A DNA stretch of 64,000 nt from a virus: positions 11,997-75,996 of the IMG/VR virus record IMGVR_UViG_3300036715_000213. One strand, given 5' to 3'. Below, in pieces: positions 1 through 8,342 of the stretch. Below the pieces are notes generated by a model. The model ran no database searches. It was not told the DNA's origin and worked only from the letters and a program-made list of their open reading frames with translations. Each line of letters begins with the position of its first letter. The first letter of the stretch is position 1. Both the position numbers and the translations under genes were made by a program.

Positions 1-325
1 TACCCTGTTTCTTTTCCGCTGTAATTCTCCCAATAAAGCTATACCAGCACGTGGTAGTAAAGTAGCCGAACGGCGATTTGGAACGTTCCGGGTCAAACGA
101 CTTAACATATTTCAAGCATGTCTCAATCGCATCGCCAATCATTTCATCGCGCCAACTATAACCCGAGAAGTTGGGTCTCTTGGCTAATCCCTCGGCGATC
201 TTAATAATGCAGTAGCCGATGTACTCCGGAACTTGGGGTGTTTCGTCAGGATTTGCATCGCAGAGCTTGCGATATTCAACTAACGCTTCGTAAAATTGTG
301 TGTTATCAATGTAGTGGGTTGCCAT
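1..325 (-). CDS. gp55: Late-transcription sigma factor gp55 (runs off the left edge)
   Basis: Not in the ORF track. Manual translation MATHYIDNTQFYEALVEY...IGYCIIKIAEGLAKRPNFSGYSWRDEMIGDAIETCLKYVKSFDPERSKSPFGYFT matches gp55 motifs; AGGAG SD at 331-335. Confidence 0.93.
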   Translation of the reverse strand, partial: MATHYIDNTQFYEALVEYRKLCDANPDETPQVPEYIGYCIIKIAEGLAKRPNFSGYSWRDEMIGDAIETCLKYVKSFDPERSKSPFGYFTTTCWYSFIGRITAEKKQG

Positions 326-385
326 AATCTCTCCTTGACTAATGGTAACATGAACATTACGAAATCAAAATAATGTGAAGATTAT

Positions 386-414
386 TTGACCATACGGAAA
401 AGTATTGCTATAAT
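386..414 (+). promoter_or_regulatory. Near-consensus sigma70-type promoter pointing antisense into the uvsW unit
   Basis: TTGACC (386-391), 17-nt spacer ending in TGC, TATAAT (409-414). Confidence 0.65.
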
Positions 415-440
415 TACTCTGTAGTGTTTAAGGATAGCAA

Positions 441-833
441 CTATTGTAATGTTTGATGTGTCTCAAATGTAAAGACATCAGTTGATGGTTCTTCTAAAGT
501 TTGATTCATAGCTGATGGAATCTCCAGCTTATTCACTAATTTGACATACATCCGATGAGCATCAGGATGCATTGGTGACAATACCATAATAGACGTAGTC
601 GGTATAAAGAAGAGACGAGTCTTAGAGAATGGCATCCAGGACTGACTATTTATCTCATTACGCATTCCATTTTCATCCATAATAGGAATAGTTCGAACTA
701 GAACTGGACTTTCAACAATGATTCCATGCTCACGTTCGTCAACAAGAGTCACCATCAATTCCTCACCTGTGGTAAGTTTCATCGTATAAAGCAGTTGATT
801 TGCTTGAGGAACTGATTCTAAGTTTTCGGTCAT
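441..833 (-). CDS. Conserved T4-like hypothetical between uvsW and gp55 (possible Sm-like fold)
   Basis: KLTTGEELM...SWMPFS pattern; ATG at 833 overlaps the uvsW stop (ATGA). Confidence 0.7.
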   Translation of the reverse strand: MTENLESVPQANQLLYTMKLTTGEELMVTLVDEREHGIIVESPVLVRTIPIMDENGMRNEINSQSWMPFSKTRLFFIPTTSIMVLSPMHPDAHRMYVKLVNKLEIPSAMNQTLEEPSTDVFTFETHQTLQ

Positions 834-2176
834 GTTATTGTTAGTTTTCTGAGTGTCCATGAAAAACTTTCCTTCTCATAGATGCTGATACGATCTTCTA
901 AGTGATTTTGTGTTGTATTCTTGAACGACTTCCAGCTAAGGTCATCAGCGATGTCGTACAATACGCACTTCTCCTTTCCCTTGTTCAAACGTAGTCCACG
1001 GCCGATAGATTGACGAATGCGAATTGTTGATTTGCTTGGAATAGCAAAAATTATATTCCTGATGCTCGGTATGTTGACACCAGTAGACATTAGCGCGCTA
1101 TTAGCAACAACAATTGCATCCGTCTCCGTACTTAGTATGTTACGAATACGTTCGCGTTCTTCAACGTCCACGCCACCGTGGATAAAGTAAACTTTCCGGT
1201 CAGTAATTTCCCGTATCATTTTCTCAATAATAGCGCCGTGACGATCCACGAAGTTGAACAGCACTAGAGTGTTACCCTTAACAACTGATGCTAGTTTTGC
1301 AATGAAACGATTCCGTGGTTCGTATGCAACCAAGAAAGCAATCTCCTCTTGGTATGTCATTCCCTTATAGGCTTTCCGTATGTGCTCTGGGTACTGTAAC
1401 ACTGTACAATTAATGTCCAATTGTGACACCTGTCCGTTGTCCATTAGTTCCTTAGTGGAAATAACTTTGTAGATTGGACCCATTAGTCCTTGTAAAACAA
1501 GTGCGTTAATCTTTGCATCGTCAATCGTACCCGTTGTTCCAATACGATACTTGGTAAGGATAAAACGTTCCATAACACTCGAAGCAATACCTGATTTTTG
1601 TGTGTGACAATTTGAAACCATTACACCATTAGCAAAATAATTATGATTATCTTTCACATGTAAATTATATGTATCTTCGTCATTGTTTATCAATTGTATT
1701 TCACTAATACCAGACCACTCTACAAAATCTTCATACCAATAGCCAAGCTCGCGACGCGTTTTACCTAACATAGTTTTTGGTATTTTATTTTTACTTGCGT
1801 TAATAGATTGACAAGTTATAATTTTTTGTGAATTTTTGCACCATTGTGCTTCACGTCCAATTAGACTTGTAAAAACTCCCGAAGGAGTATGGTATAATCC
1901 CTTACATTGTATCGGGTACCATTCTTGCGATCCCCAATATTGCTTATCTACAATGTTTATAGTTTTTGTTTCATTAGAGTATCTATATTTTACTGTTAAT
2001 TTTTCTTTTCTGTTAGTAGTAAGATCACTTCGATTATAAAAATCTTCCTTGGATACTGTTTCAACTAAGCCGCTAGCGTTTCTAGCTCTAACTTTATTTT
2101 TTTGTGCTATACTCATATTCAATCTCATTTTAGATGAGTCATAATTTAACCATCTAATTCTATTGTTCTTTACCAT
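830..2176 (-). CDS. uvsW: UvsW helicase C-terminal part, preceded by an endonuclease-like remnant and the C-intein
   Basis: After VSN: CHTQK, IGTTGT (motif III), STGVNIPSI, QSIGRGLR (motif VI); intein block F/G YNLHVKDNHNYFANGVMVSN. Confidence 0.9.
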   Translation of the reverse strand: MVKNNRIRWLNYDSSKMRLNMSIAQKNKVRARNASGLVETVSKEDFYNRSDLTTNRKEKLTVKYRYSNETKTINIVDKQYWGSQEWYPIQCKGLYHTPSGVFTSLIGREAQWCKNSQKIITCQSINASKNKIPKTMLGKTRRELGYWYEDFVEWSGISEIQLINNDEDTYNLHVKDNHNYFANGVMVSNCHTQKSGIASSVMERFILTKYRIGTTGTIDDAKINALVLQGLMGPIYKVISTKELMDNGQVSQLDINCTVLQYPEHIRKAYKGMTYQEEIAFLVAYEPRNRFIAKLASVVKGNTLVLFNFVDRHGAIIEKMIREITDRKVYFIHGGVDVEERERIRNILSTETDAIVVANSALMSTGVNIPSIRNIIFAIPSKSTIRIRQSIGRGLRLNKGKEKCVLYDIADDLSWKSFKNTTQNHLEDRISIYEKESFSWTLRKLTIT

Positions 2177-2464
2177 GCTTTATGATATACGAATTTTTGA
2201 ATTAATAGTTAATTCGTCTACTCTTACCCATCCACTAGCAGTCATAATTTTATGATTTCCAGTTACTTCAAGAAATTTTCCATTTTTTAATTTGATTTTA
2301 TATTTCTGTTCTGTAGAAATATTTTTGTGAAGTTTTATGACTGGTTTGTACTCAACATTTAATGTAGTTTCATTAATTGTTTTTACCATATCTCCGACAT
2401 TTATTTCTTTAATTTTCTTGAAAATATTATTTTCCAATTCAATTAAAGAATCACCAGCCAAACA
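1610..2464 (-). mobile_element. Intein in the UvsW Walker B motif (DE|CH), split by an in-frame TAA at 2180-2182
   Basis: Starts CLAGDSLI after WDE; block B TGNH; ends VSN followed by Cys+1; visibly more AT-rich than the flanks. Confidence 0.9.
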
Positions 2465-3190
2465 CTCATCCCAGATACCAACTTCAGTACGCTTTACGAT
2501 TTCGTCGAACTTCTTTGGGTCGTTTTTCATCATAGATGCTAGCGATTGCCATGTGCTAATTACGACTGACTTTTCAAAGACACGTTCCTTGCCACTATAC
2601 AGAGTGCTACAATGTTCTTCAGCATTCCATCCATTTTCACTGCTGTAATCTTCAAAGTCGCTAAACAATTGTTCCACTAGCATTGTAGTGGGTACAACAA
2701 TCATTAGCTTACGTCCATGCTCAATGTGCCAGCGAATGATACACATAATAATCATTGACTTACCGGAAGCTGTTGGGCTTAGCAATAGCTGGCGCTCATT
2801 GGAGATTGCTTGCCAGACAGCTTCATATTGGTACTCGCGAATGTCTAACTTGTCACCGCGTCCATGTAGATCTAAACTGTCAACAAAATCCTTTGCCTTC
2901 TCATAAGTTACTTCCAGAGCATTGGAGTTCTTTAAAGATTTGTCGATGAAAAGCTCGTAGTCACGGTTCTTGGCAAACTTGATTATCTCATGGATAAGAC
3001 CTTTGTACAGTTGCTTGTTCCGCATGTTGAACAAACGAATCTTCCCGTCCCACATTTTGTTCTTGTAGGAAGGCATGAATCGATATCCCGGAGCCATGAA
3101 CGTAAAATACTCGCTGATTTCTTGTTCAATGCCGTAGTCATCCGTCTCAATACGGATGTAGGTTTCGTTACATGGGATAACTTTTATCAT
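2180..3190 (-). CDS. uvsW: UvsW helicase N-terminal part fused to a 94-aa N-intein
   Basis: PGYRFMPSYKNKMWDGKIRLF, REYQ, SPTASGKS (Walker A), STWQS, WDE|C. Confidence 0.92.
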   Translation of the reverse strand: MIKVIPCNETYIRIETDDYGIEQEISEYFTFMAPGYRFMPSYKNKMWDGKIRLFNMRNKQLYKGLIHEIIKFAKNRDYELFIDKSLKNSNALEVTYEKAKDFVDSLDLHGRGDKLDIREYQYEAVWQAISNERQLLLSPTASGKSMIIMCIIRWHIEHGRKLMIVVPTTMLVEQLFSDFEDYSSENGWNAEEHCSTLYSGKERVFEKSVVISTWQSLASMMKNDPKKFDEIVKRTEVGIWDECLAGDSLIELENNIFKKIKEINVGDMVKTINETTLNVEYKPVIKLHKNISTEQKYKIKLKNGKFLEVTGNHKIMTASGWVRVDELTINSKIRIS

Positions 3191-3621
3191 GCGCCTGCTC
3201 TAAATTTAGTCCAATCGATAGCTGCCCGAATTGACCAGTTACGGTTTTTAATTTCACTCAACACACTCTCAAGAAAATAGATTGTAGTTTTCATGTAAGA
3301 TTCGCGAGCCATGAACTTCTGATACTCAGCATCCGCATCAATCAGTTCCGGAATGTCGCTCTTGAGTGTCCGGTATTGCCATTGTGTCCAACCACGATCA
3401 GTTAGTTCTTCCTTGGTCATTTCGCCGCGAAAATACTTTCCCTTGACTGCCTTTAGTTCAGCAATCTCATGAGTAATTTTTGTGTGCTTTAGTTTGGCTG
3501 TAATCAACTCGTCCAGATACTTTGCGTGAAGCATTGGCGTGGATATTGCTGCGTTACCCAAGTCATCTTTGATGACGCAGTCGTTAGCCCATGATAGTTT
3601 CAGTTCATCAAGTGTCGCCAT
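3187..3621 (-). CDS. uvsY: Recombination mediator UvsY
   Basis: PMLHAKYL and IKNRNWSIRAAIDWTKFRAG; directly upstream of uvsW. Confidence 0.9.
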   Translation of the reverse strand: MATLDELKLSWANDCVIKDDLGNAAISTPMLHAKYLDELITAKLKHTKITHEIAELKAVKGKYFRGEMTKEELTDRGWTQWQYRTLKSDIPELIDADAEYQKFMARESYMKTTIYFLESVLSEIKNRNWSIRAAIDWTKFRAGA

Positions 3622-3645
3622 AATATAGAGTTCCTAAAAATGTAT

Positions 3646-4179
3646 TTATGATACTGAATAATAGGAGTAGGAAATAGTTAGAGTTGCAACAAGGTACTGA
3701 ACATCGCTATTGTTAGCTTGGAATGTTAGTCCAGTTAGCGATACTGGGAACGCATCTGTAAAGGTAAAACGTTTCAGCGGCTTGTTATCGCTATCTAAGA
3801 TAGTCAGTGAACAATCAGAAACAGCTTTGCTATTTTCACTGTAACCTTGTGCGTTGCGTTCTGCAGAAATCAATTCACGATACCATTTGTGTCCTTCGGG
3901 AAATCCAAGTCCAATCATCCAATCGTGAATAGCAAGATAGTTTGCCATCTTTTCGTCCACTAGGAACTGGATAGTCAGGTCATCAAAGTCAAGTGCTTCG
4001 CCGGGCATGTTAAAGTCATGTACACTGTTTGCCATGACTGCTTTACCTAAAGTAATACCCGGCAATGGAGCCTCTTGGACAAAGTAAGTTAGCTCCGGGT
4101 ATTTCTGAATCGAGAACAGAAACCCATTTGGATTTAAAGCACTGATATTATCAGGAACTGGGCATGTAAGAATTGGAAT
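3646..4179 (-). CDS. gp3: Tail terminator/completion protein gp3, probable ATT start
   Basis: Frame extends 38 codons past the tracked TTG through LNPNGFLFSIQKYPELTYF; FLVDEKMANYLAIHDW and FTDAFPVSL motifs; AAGGAG 7 nt before ATT. Confidence 0.8.
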   Translation of the reverse strand: MPILTCPVPDNISALNPNGFLFSIQKYPELTYFVQEAPLPGITLGKAVMANSVHDFNMPGEALDFDDLTIQFLVDEKMANYLAIHDWMIGLGFPEGHKWYRELISAERNAQGYSENSKAVSDCSLTILDSDNKPLKRFTFTDAFPVSLTGLTFQANNSDVQYLVATLTISYSYYSVS

Positions 4180-4240
4180 TTTAGTTCTCCTTTAATTTAC
4201 AATTATCAGTAAGGTTTGTTTCTAACATACGCATACAATA

Positions 4241-4774
4241 TTAGACGTAGTCCTTATTAATTGTTTCTGACTTGAAATTTGCTAGGTTAATAGACAACGA
4301 AATATTAGCGGAATTTAGTTTGTCTTTGTAATAGTGTGCTTCTTCAACACTCATATTGTATCTTAGTGTAACATGCGGTCTGTACTCTGGAAAAGAGTGT
4401 TGCATACCCATAGACTTTAGGTATTCATGCATTCTGTTTAGAAGTGGATTCTGTAGTTCCATGACAATACAACTCTTAGCTTCGTCACGAACACCTTCTT
4501 CCGGAAGCGAATCGAAGCATTCAAAATGTACGACTTCAGCTTTTATCTCTCTTGGAAACATAGAAGTGATATTAGCCATTGCTTTGTCTGGATTAACACT
4601 ACTATCAGTACTGTACATGAGGGTACAGTGATAATCGCCATTTGGTGGCGCTTTTCCAGACACTGGTTCTTGCATGCCTATTCTAGCGAAAAACGCGCCA
4701 AGATCCTCCGAATCTATGCAGACATAGTTGCCTTTTCCAGTAGTTTCTATCAAATAATCCTTAAAAGTCTTCAT
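4241..4774 (-). CDS. acb1: 2H phosphoesterase, T4 gp57B/Acb1-like anti-CBASS nuclease
   Basis: Two HxT motifs (YHCTLMYS, YRPHVTLRY) and GMQHSFPEY, laid out as in T4 57B; alternative start at 4810. Confidence 0.8.
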   Translation of the reverse strand: MKTFKDYLIETTGKGNYVCIDSEDLGAFFARIGMQEPVSGKAPPNGDYHCTLMYSTDSSVNPDKAMANITSMFPREIKAEVVHFECFDSLPEEGVRDEAKSCIVMELQNPLLNRMHEYLKSMGMQHSFPEYRPHVTLRYNMSVEEAHYYKDKLNSANISLSINLANFKSETINKDYV

Positions 4775-4775
4775 G

Positions 4776-4825
4776 ATTTTATCCAGTATATTTTTAATGG
4801 TTTTGTACATAATTTTATCCAGTAT
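4776..4825. repeat. 14-bp direct repeat preceding both in-frame ATGs of the Acb1-like gene
   Basis: ATTTTATCCAGTAT at 4776-4789 and 4812-4825, period 36. Confidence 0.8.
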
Positions 4826-4834
4826 TTAGCCATG

Positions 4835-4863
4835 AAAAAGCCCAGCGGTTAAACTGGGCTTTT
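4835..4863 (-). terminator. Intrinsic terminator after gp23 (bidirectional geometry)
   Basis: AAAAAGCCCAG-cggttaaa-CTGGGCTTTT. Confidence 0.85.
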
Positions 4864-4865
4864 GA

Positions 4866-4883
4866 AACTTAGTTAACTAAGTT
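4866..4883. repeat. Perfect 18-bp palindrome
   Basis: AACTTAGTTAACTAAGTT equals its reverse complement. Confidence 0.85.
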
Positions 4884-4892
4884 AGTGGAAAC

Positions 4893-6161
4893 TTACATCA
4901 AATTCGCGACGGTCACCTTACGAAAATAAATGTTCTGACCAGATGCCAGCGATGTGAATGGGTTAGCTACGAAACCGTAACGTGTACGGAACGCAATCTT
5001 TGGCTGGAACGTAGCTGGGTCAACAGCACGGTACAGTTGCAATGGAACGTATGGGCAGTAGAATGCACCAGCGTCAAAGCTGCTTGTACCCTTGTAACCA
5101 ACCATCAGGAACTGAGAAGCAGTTTGGTTAGCAGCGAACGGATCCACATAAACCTTGTACTTACCATTCAACACACCAGCGAAAGTGCTGGAAGCTTCAT
5201 CAACGTTTAACTTAGTCGACAGTGCTGGAGCGTAGTCCAGAACACCAGCCATGCTCAGTGCGCTTGCAACGTCTGCAGAGCAAACGATGAAGTTACCACG
5301 ACCACGACGTGTTTGTTGATAAATCGCATTAGCTTCACGCTCGATTTGGAACAACAGACCCTTGAACTTTTCAACAGACCAACGACCGTTAGAGTCAACG
5401 TCCAAGTCGAAAGTACCAGCAGTAGCTGTACCAACTTGAGCACCTGGCTTAGCAGCACTGTAAACAGTACGGATAACTTCACGGTTGATTTCGTTCAAGA
5501 TTTCTTGAGACAAAATGTTGCTCAGTTCAGCTTCAGCATCCAGACCGTGTACAGCCTTCAAGTCTTGAGCCAATTCAACGCTGTACTCTGCCTTCAACGC
5601 ACGGCTTTGGGCTGTAACGGAAGTCTTTTCAATGCTGAATGCCATTTCACCGAAGTTAGTTGGCGATGCACCGGAACCTGTTTGAGTTTCAGCTGTTGCT
5701 GTTGAGTAAGCTGTACCAGTTGTAGCACCAGGACCTGCTGGGCCCATTGTACCGTCAGCGTGTGTACCTGTACCAGAGAAGTCAGTGTCTGCTTCGTTGA
5801 ACAACGCTTCAGTACCACCTTGTGTACCATACTTGCTCTTCATAGCAAAGATCAGGCCAGTTGGCTGAGTCATTGGCTGAACACCACACATGTCATATGC
5901 AATCATTGCTGGCATTGCACGACGTACCAAGCTAATCAACACTGGGTCGAACTTAGCTACACCACCTGTATCAGGCATTGCACCAGCGGAGTTGGTTGGA
6001 GCAGCTTCGAACAGTGCTTGACGTTCGTCACGGTTAGCAATTTCTTGGTTCTCCAGCAAAACTGCTGTAACTTCACGGCGGTGTTGCTCAGTAATAGGAG
6101 CTGCGCCTTCGGCATCCAGAACTGGAGCCCACTTTTTAACTAGATCTGCACGAGATGTCAT
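4893..6161 (-). CDS. gp23: Major capsid protein
   Basis: KKWAPVLD, LLENQE, GVQPMTQPTGLIFA, RALKAEYSVELAQDLKAVHGLDAE, FYCPYVPL; start moved to MTSRAD. Confidence 0.98.
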   Translation of the reverse strand: MTSRADLVKKWAPVLDAEGAAPITEQHRREVTAVLLENQEIANRDERQALFEAAPTNSAGAMPDTGGVAKFDPVLISLVRRAMPAMIAYDMCGVQPMTQPTGLIFAMKSKYGTQGGTEALFNEADTDFSGTGTHADGTMGPAGPGATTGTAYSTATAETQTGSGASPTNFGEMAFSIEKTSVTAQSRALKAEYSVELAQDLKAVHGLDAEAELSNILSQEILNEINREVIRTVYSAAKPGAQVGTATAGTFDLDVDSNGRWSVEKFKGLLFQIEREANAIYQQTRRGRGNFIVCSADVASALSMAGVLDYAPALSTKLNVDEASSTFAGVLNGKYKVYVDPFAANQTASQFLMVGYKGTSSFDAGAFYCPYVPLQLYRAVDPATFQPKIAFRTRYGFVANPFTSLASGQNIYFRKVTVANLM

Positions 6162-6192
6162 TTTATTTTCCTTTGTTGTTTTAGTTGACAGA

Positions 6193-7227
6193 TTACTTAA
6201 TAGCCTTAACGTACTGTGCCATCGCTGGGTCAATACGCTTAACTTCTTCATTCAATGAACCTACTGGAGCGTTCGAATCTTGTGTAACGTCTTCAGTTAG
6301 TTCCTTAACTTCCTTCTTTGAACCTTTGTTAGAAACATAGTTCTCAGCAATTACTGCTAGCTTCTTAGTAAAAGATTCTTCATCGTCGAACTGAATTTCT
6401 TCAGACAATAGTGCAAACTTTTCAGCATCGATATCAGTCATACCATTGGTAGCTTCGTCGATAGCGGTCTGCTTTGCATACTGCTTAATTATCTTGTTCA
6501 GTTCAATATTTTGAGCAACTTGCTCATCAAGAGTTTCTTCAATTGCTTCGACTTTTTCTTGCAGAGATTCTACAAGACTAAATTCGTCATCTGGAAGATT
6601 AATGTTGTGCTCAACGAACACGTCTTTCATCTTATCAATGAAGCTTTCAAAGATTTCAGCTTTGATGCCACGCTCAAGGGCGATTTCATTATTTTTCATC
6701 CATTGCTCGACGATGAAGTCGAGGTATCCATCAACTTTTTCAACTAACCCCTCTTTTAGTTCTTCGGACTCAGTTAGAGCACGGAGAGCCAATTCTTCTT
6801 CCAGTGATTCCTGAATTTGGGAAACACGAGCGGAAACTGCTGCTTCAAAAATTGTAGTAGCTTTTTCCTTAAATTCTTCTGTAAGTTCAACACCGTCGAA
6901 TAGTGAGCCCAAATCAATAGCTTCCTTAACAGTGCCTGGCTTCATCTTAGGTTGTGGATCTTGTCCGCCAGCCTTACGCTTAATCTTTGCATTCTTAGTA
7001 GCAACATCATCAGTTGTCTGATCAGTAGCTGCTTGAGACTGATTTGGATCAGTAGCTTCCTTAACGTCCTTCTTAGACTTAGTTTCGTCTTCCGAACCGT
7101 CTTCGATTTCGTCATCGCAACAATCGTCAGAATCGTCAGAATCGTCAGAATCTATATCCGACTTCTTGCTTGCTTTTAGAGCCATTGCAGCTTCCTGCAA
7201 TGCTTTGATCTTATCTTCTAGTGCCAT
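6193..7227 (-). CDS. gp22: Prohead core scaffold protein
   Basis: LTEEFKEKATTIFEAAV, VDGYLDFIVEQW; acidic coiled coil between gp21 and gp23. Confidence 0.93.
   Translation of the reverse strand: MALEDKIKALQEAAMALKASKKSDIDSDDSDDSDDCCDDEIEDGSEDETKSKKDVKEATDPNQSQAATDQTTDDVATKNAKIKRKAGGQDPQPKMKPGTVKEAIDLGSLFDGVELTEEFKEKATTIFEAAVSARVSQIQESLEEELALRALTESEELKEGLVEKVDGYLDFIVEQWMKNNEIALERGIKAEIFESFIDKMKDVFVEHNINLPDDEFSLVESLQEKVEAIEETLDEQVAQNIELNKIIKQYAKQTAIDEATNGMTDIDAEKFALLSEEIQFDDEESFTKKLAVIAENYVSNKGSKKEVKELTEDVTQDSNAPVGSLNEEVKRIDPAMAQYVKAIK
7122..7152. repeat. 9-bp tandem repeat in gp22 encoding (DSD)n
   Basis: AATCGTCAG x3 plus a partial copy. Confidence 0.85.
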
Positions 7228-7245
7228 TTGGGAACTCCTTATTAT

Positions 7246-7252
7246 TATTTAG
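7246..7252 (-). promoter_or_regulatory. gp55-type late promoter (representative copy)
   Basis: CTAAATA before gp22. (A/C/T)TAAATA also lies upstream of genes at 3643, 4823, 11219, 13458, 30802, 32785, 36466, 52140, 58393 (minus) and 52118, 54814, 58422 (plus). Confidence 0.8.
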
Positions 7253-7264
7253 TAGATTTTGTCT

Positions 7265-7921
7265 TTAACTCTTGATGGTCTTCAAGAACTTTTGAAACTG
7301 GCGAATTGCCGTTTCTTCTAGTTGCTTCTTAGAGGCAGTATGAATTGCCTTCTTTGCTGCTTCAATTTCACGTTCTTCGTAACGTCCATCAATGTAAACC
7401 CAATCACGGCTTTCGTTAATAGCATTAACCCAGCAATCAATACCACTTGGGTCTGATACTGCGTCAATAGCCATCATTGCAAAGTCGTCCTTCACGTAAG
7501 TAGTACCAGCGCGTTCCTCAATGGAACCCAAACCACGTGTTGAAACACCCATTTGCACACCACCCTCAAGAAGTCCTTTTAGAACATTACCTTGTGGTGT
7601 GTTGAGTACTTTTGCTTTACCGTAAACGTCGTTGCCTTCGCAACGTAGTGTAGTAATCAAGTGTGATGCAAGTTCTGGTTTAACAGTTGGACGCGACTCT
7701 GGGTGACTTAGTTCCCCCAAAGCACGGCGATTATTAACAAACTCGTTAACATACTTGTTGACTGCATTTTCCATGATATCTCTTGGATAAATGCGTCCGT
7801 TGCGATTCTTTTTCTCTGCTTGTGCAAAGATACCTTCAATGAACAGTGTCTTGCTATCACCAGTACCTTCGGTAATAATCTGCACATTATTAAAGTCGAT
7901 TGATTCTCTAAGGAATTTCAT
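7265..7921 (-). CDS. gp21: Prohead protease
   Basis: NRNGRIYP, ALGELSHP, GVSTRGLGS, DAVSDPS. Confidence 0.96.
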   Translation of the reverse strand: MKFLRESIDFNNVQIITEGTGDSKTLFIEGIFAQAEKKNRNGRIYPRDIMENAVNKYVNEFVNNRRALGELSHPESRPTVKPELASHLITTLRCEGNDVYGKAKVLNTPQGNVLKGLLEGGVQMGVSTRGLGSIEERAGTTYVKDDFAMMAIDAVSDPSGIDCWVNAINESRDWVYIDGRYEEREIEAAKKAIHTASKKQLEETAIRQFQKFLKTIKS

Positions 7922-7922
7922 T

Positions 7923-8333
7923 TTAGCTTCCTACCACTGCTGGGTTATCGTAAGAACCAAACTTCTCTGGCTCAACTGAACTAATATATCCAGACTTACG
8001 CAATGTTACATATAGTTGAGCTGTACCAACGGATGTTACAACAAGGTCTGAACCTGATCCGATGTTATCAGCAAAACCGCCGTTACCACCAAAGTCCAGT
8101 TGACCGTTTTGATATAGTTGAAGAATCTGCGTACCGCCGCGAGTAATAGTTACTTGATCAGAAGCTCCTGGACTATTTGCCCATGCAACAAAAACAATCG
8201 TTGCATCTGGTGTGCCACCAATTTGTGTAGCAAGACGCAAAGCTGTGTTCAGCGTTAGCGTATCATTAAGTGTTATACCAGCAAACTTAACTACTGCCAA
8301 GTTATGGGTATTTTTAAGGATTGAGATTGCCAT
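7923..8333 (-). CDS. Hypothetical virion protein in the head cluster
   Basis: Tightly packed between gp20 and gp21; beta-rich. Confidence 0.6.
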   Translation of the reverse strand: MAISILKNTHNLAVVKFAGITLNDTLTLNTALRLATQIGGTPDATIVFVAWANSPGASDQVTITRGGTQILQLYQNGQLDFGGNGGFADNIGSGSDLVVTSVGTAQLYVTLRKSGYISSVEPEKFGSYDNPAVVGS

Positions 8334-8342
8334 TTTATACTC

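Noticed and set aside
2177-2182. Stop-codon reassignment explaining the in-frame TAA in uvsW
   Set aside because: TAA terminates many core genes here (gp23, gp21, gp17), and other genes are intact under the standard code
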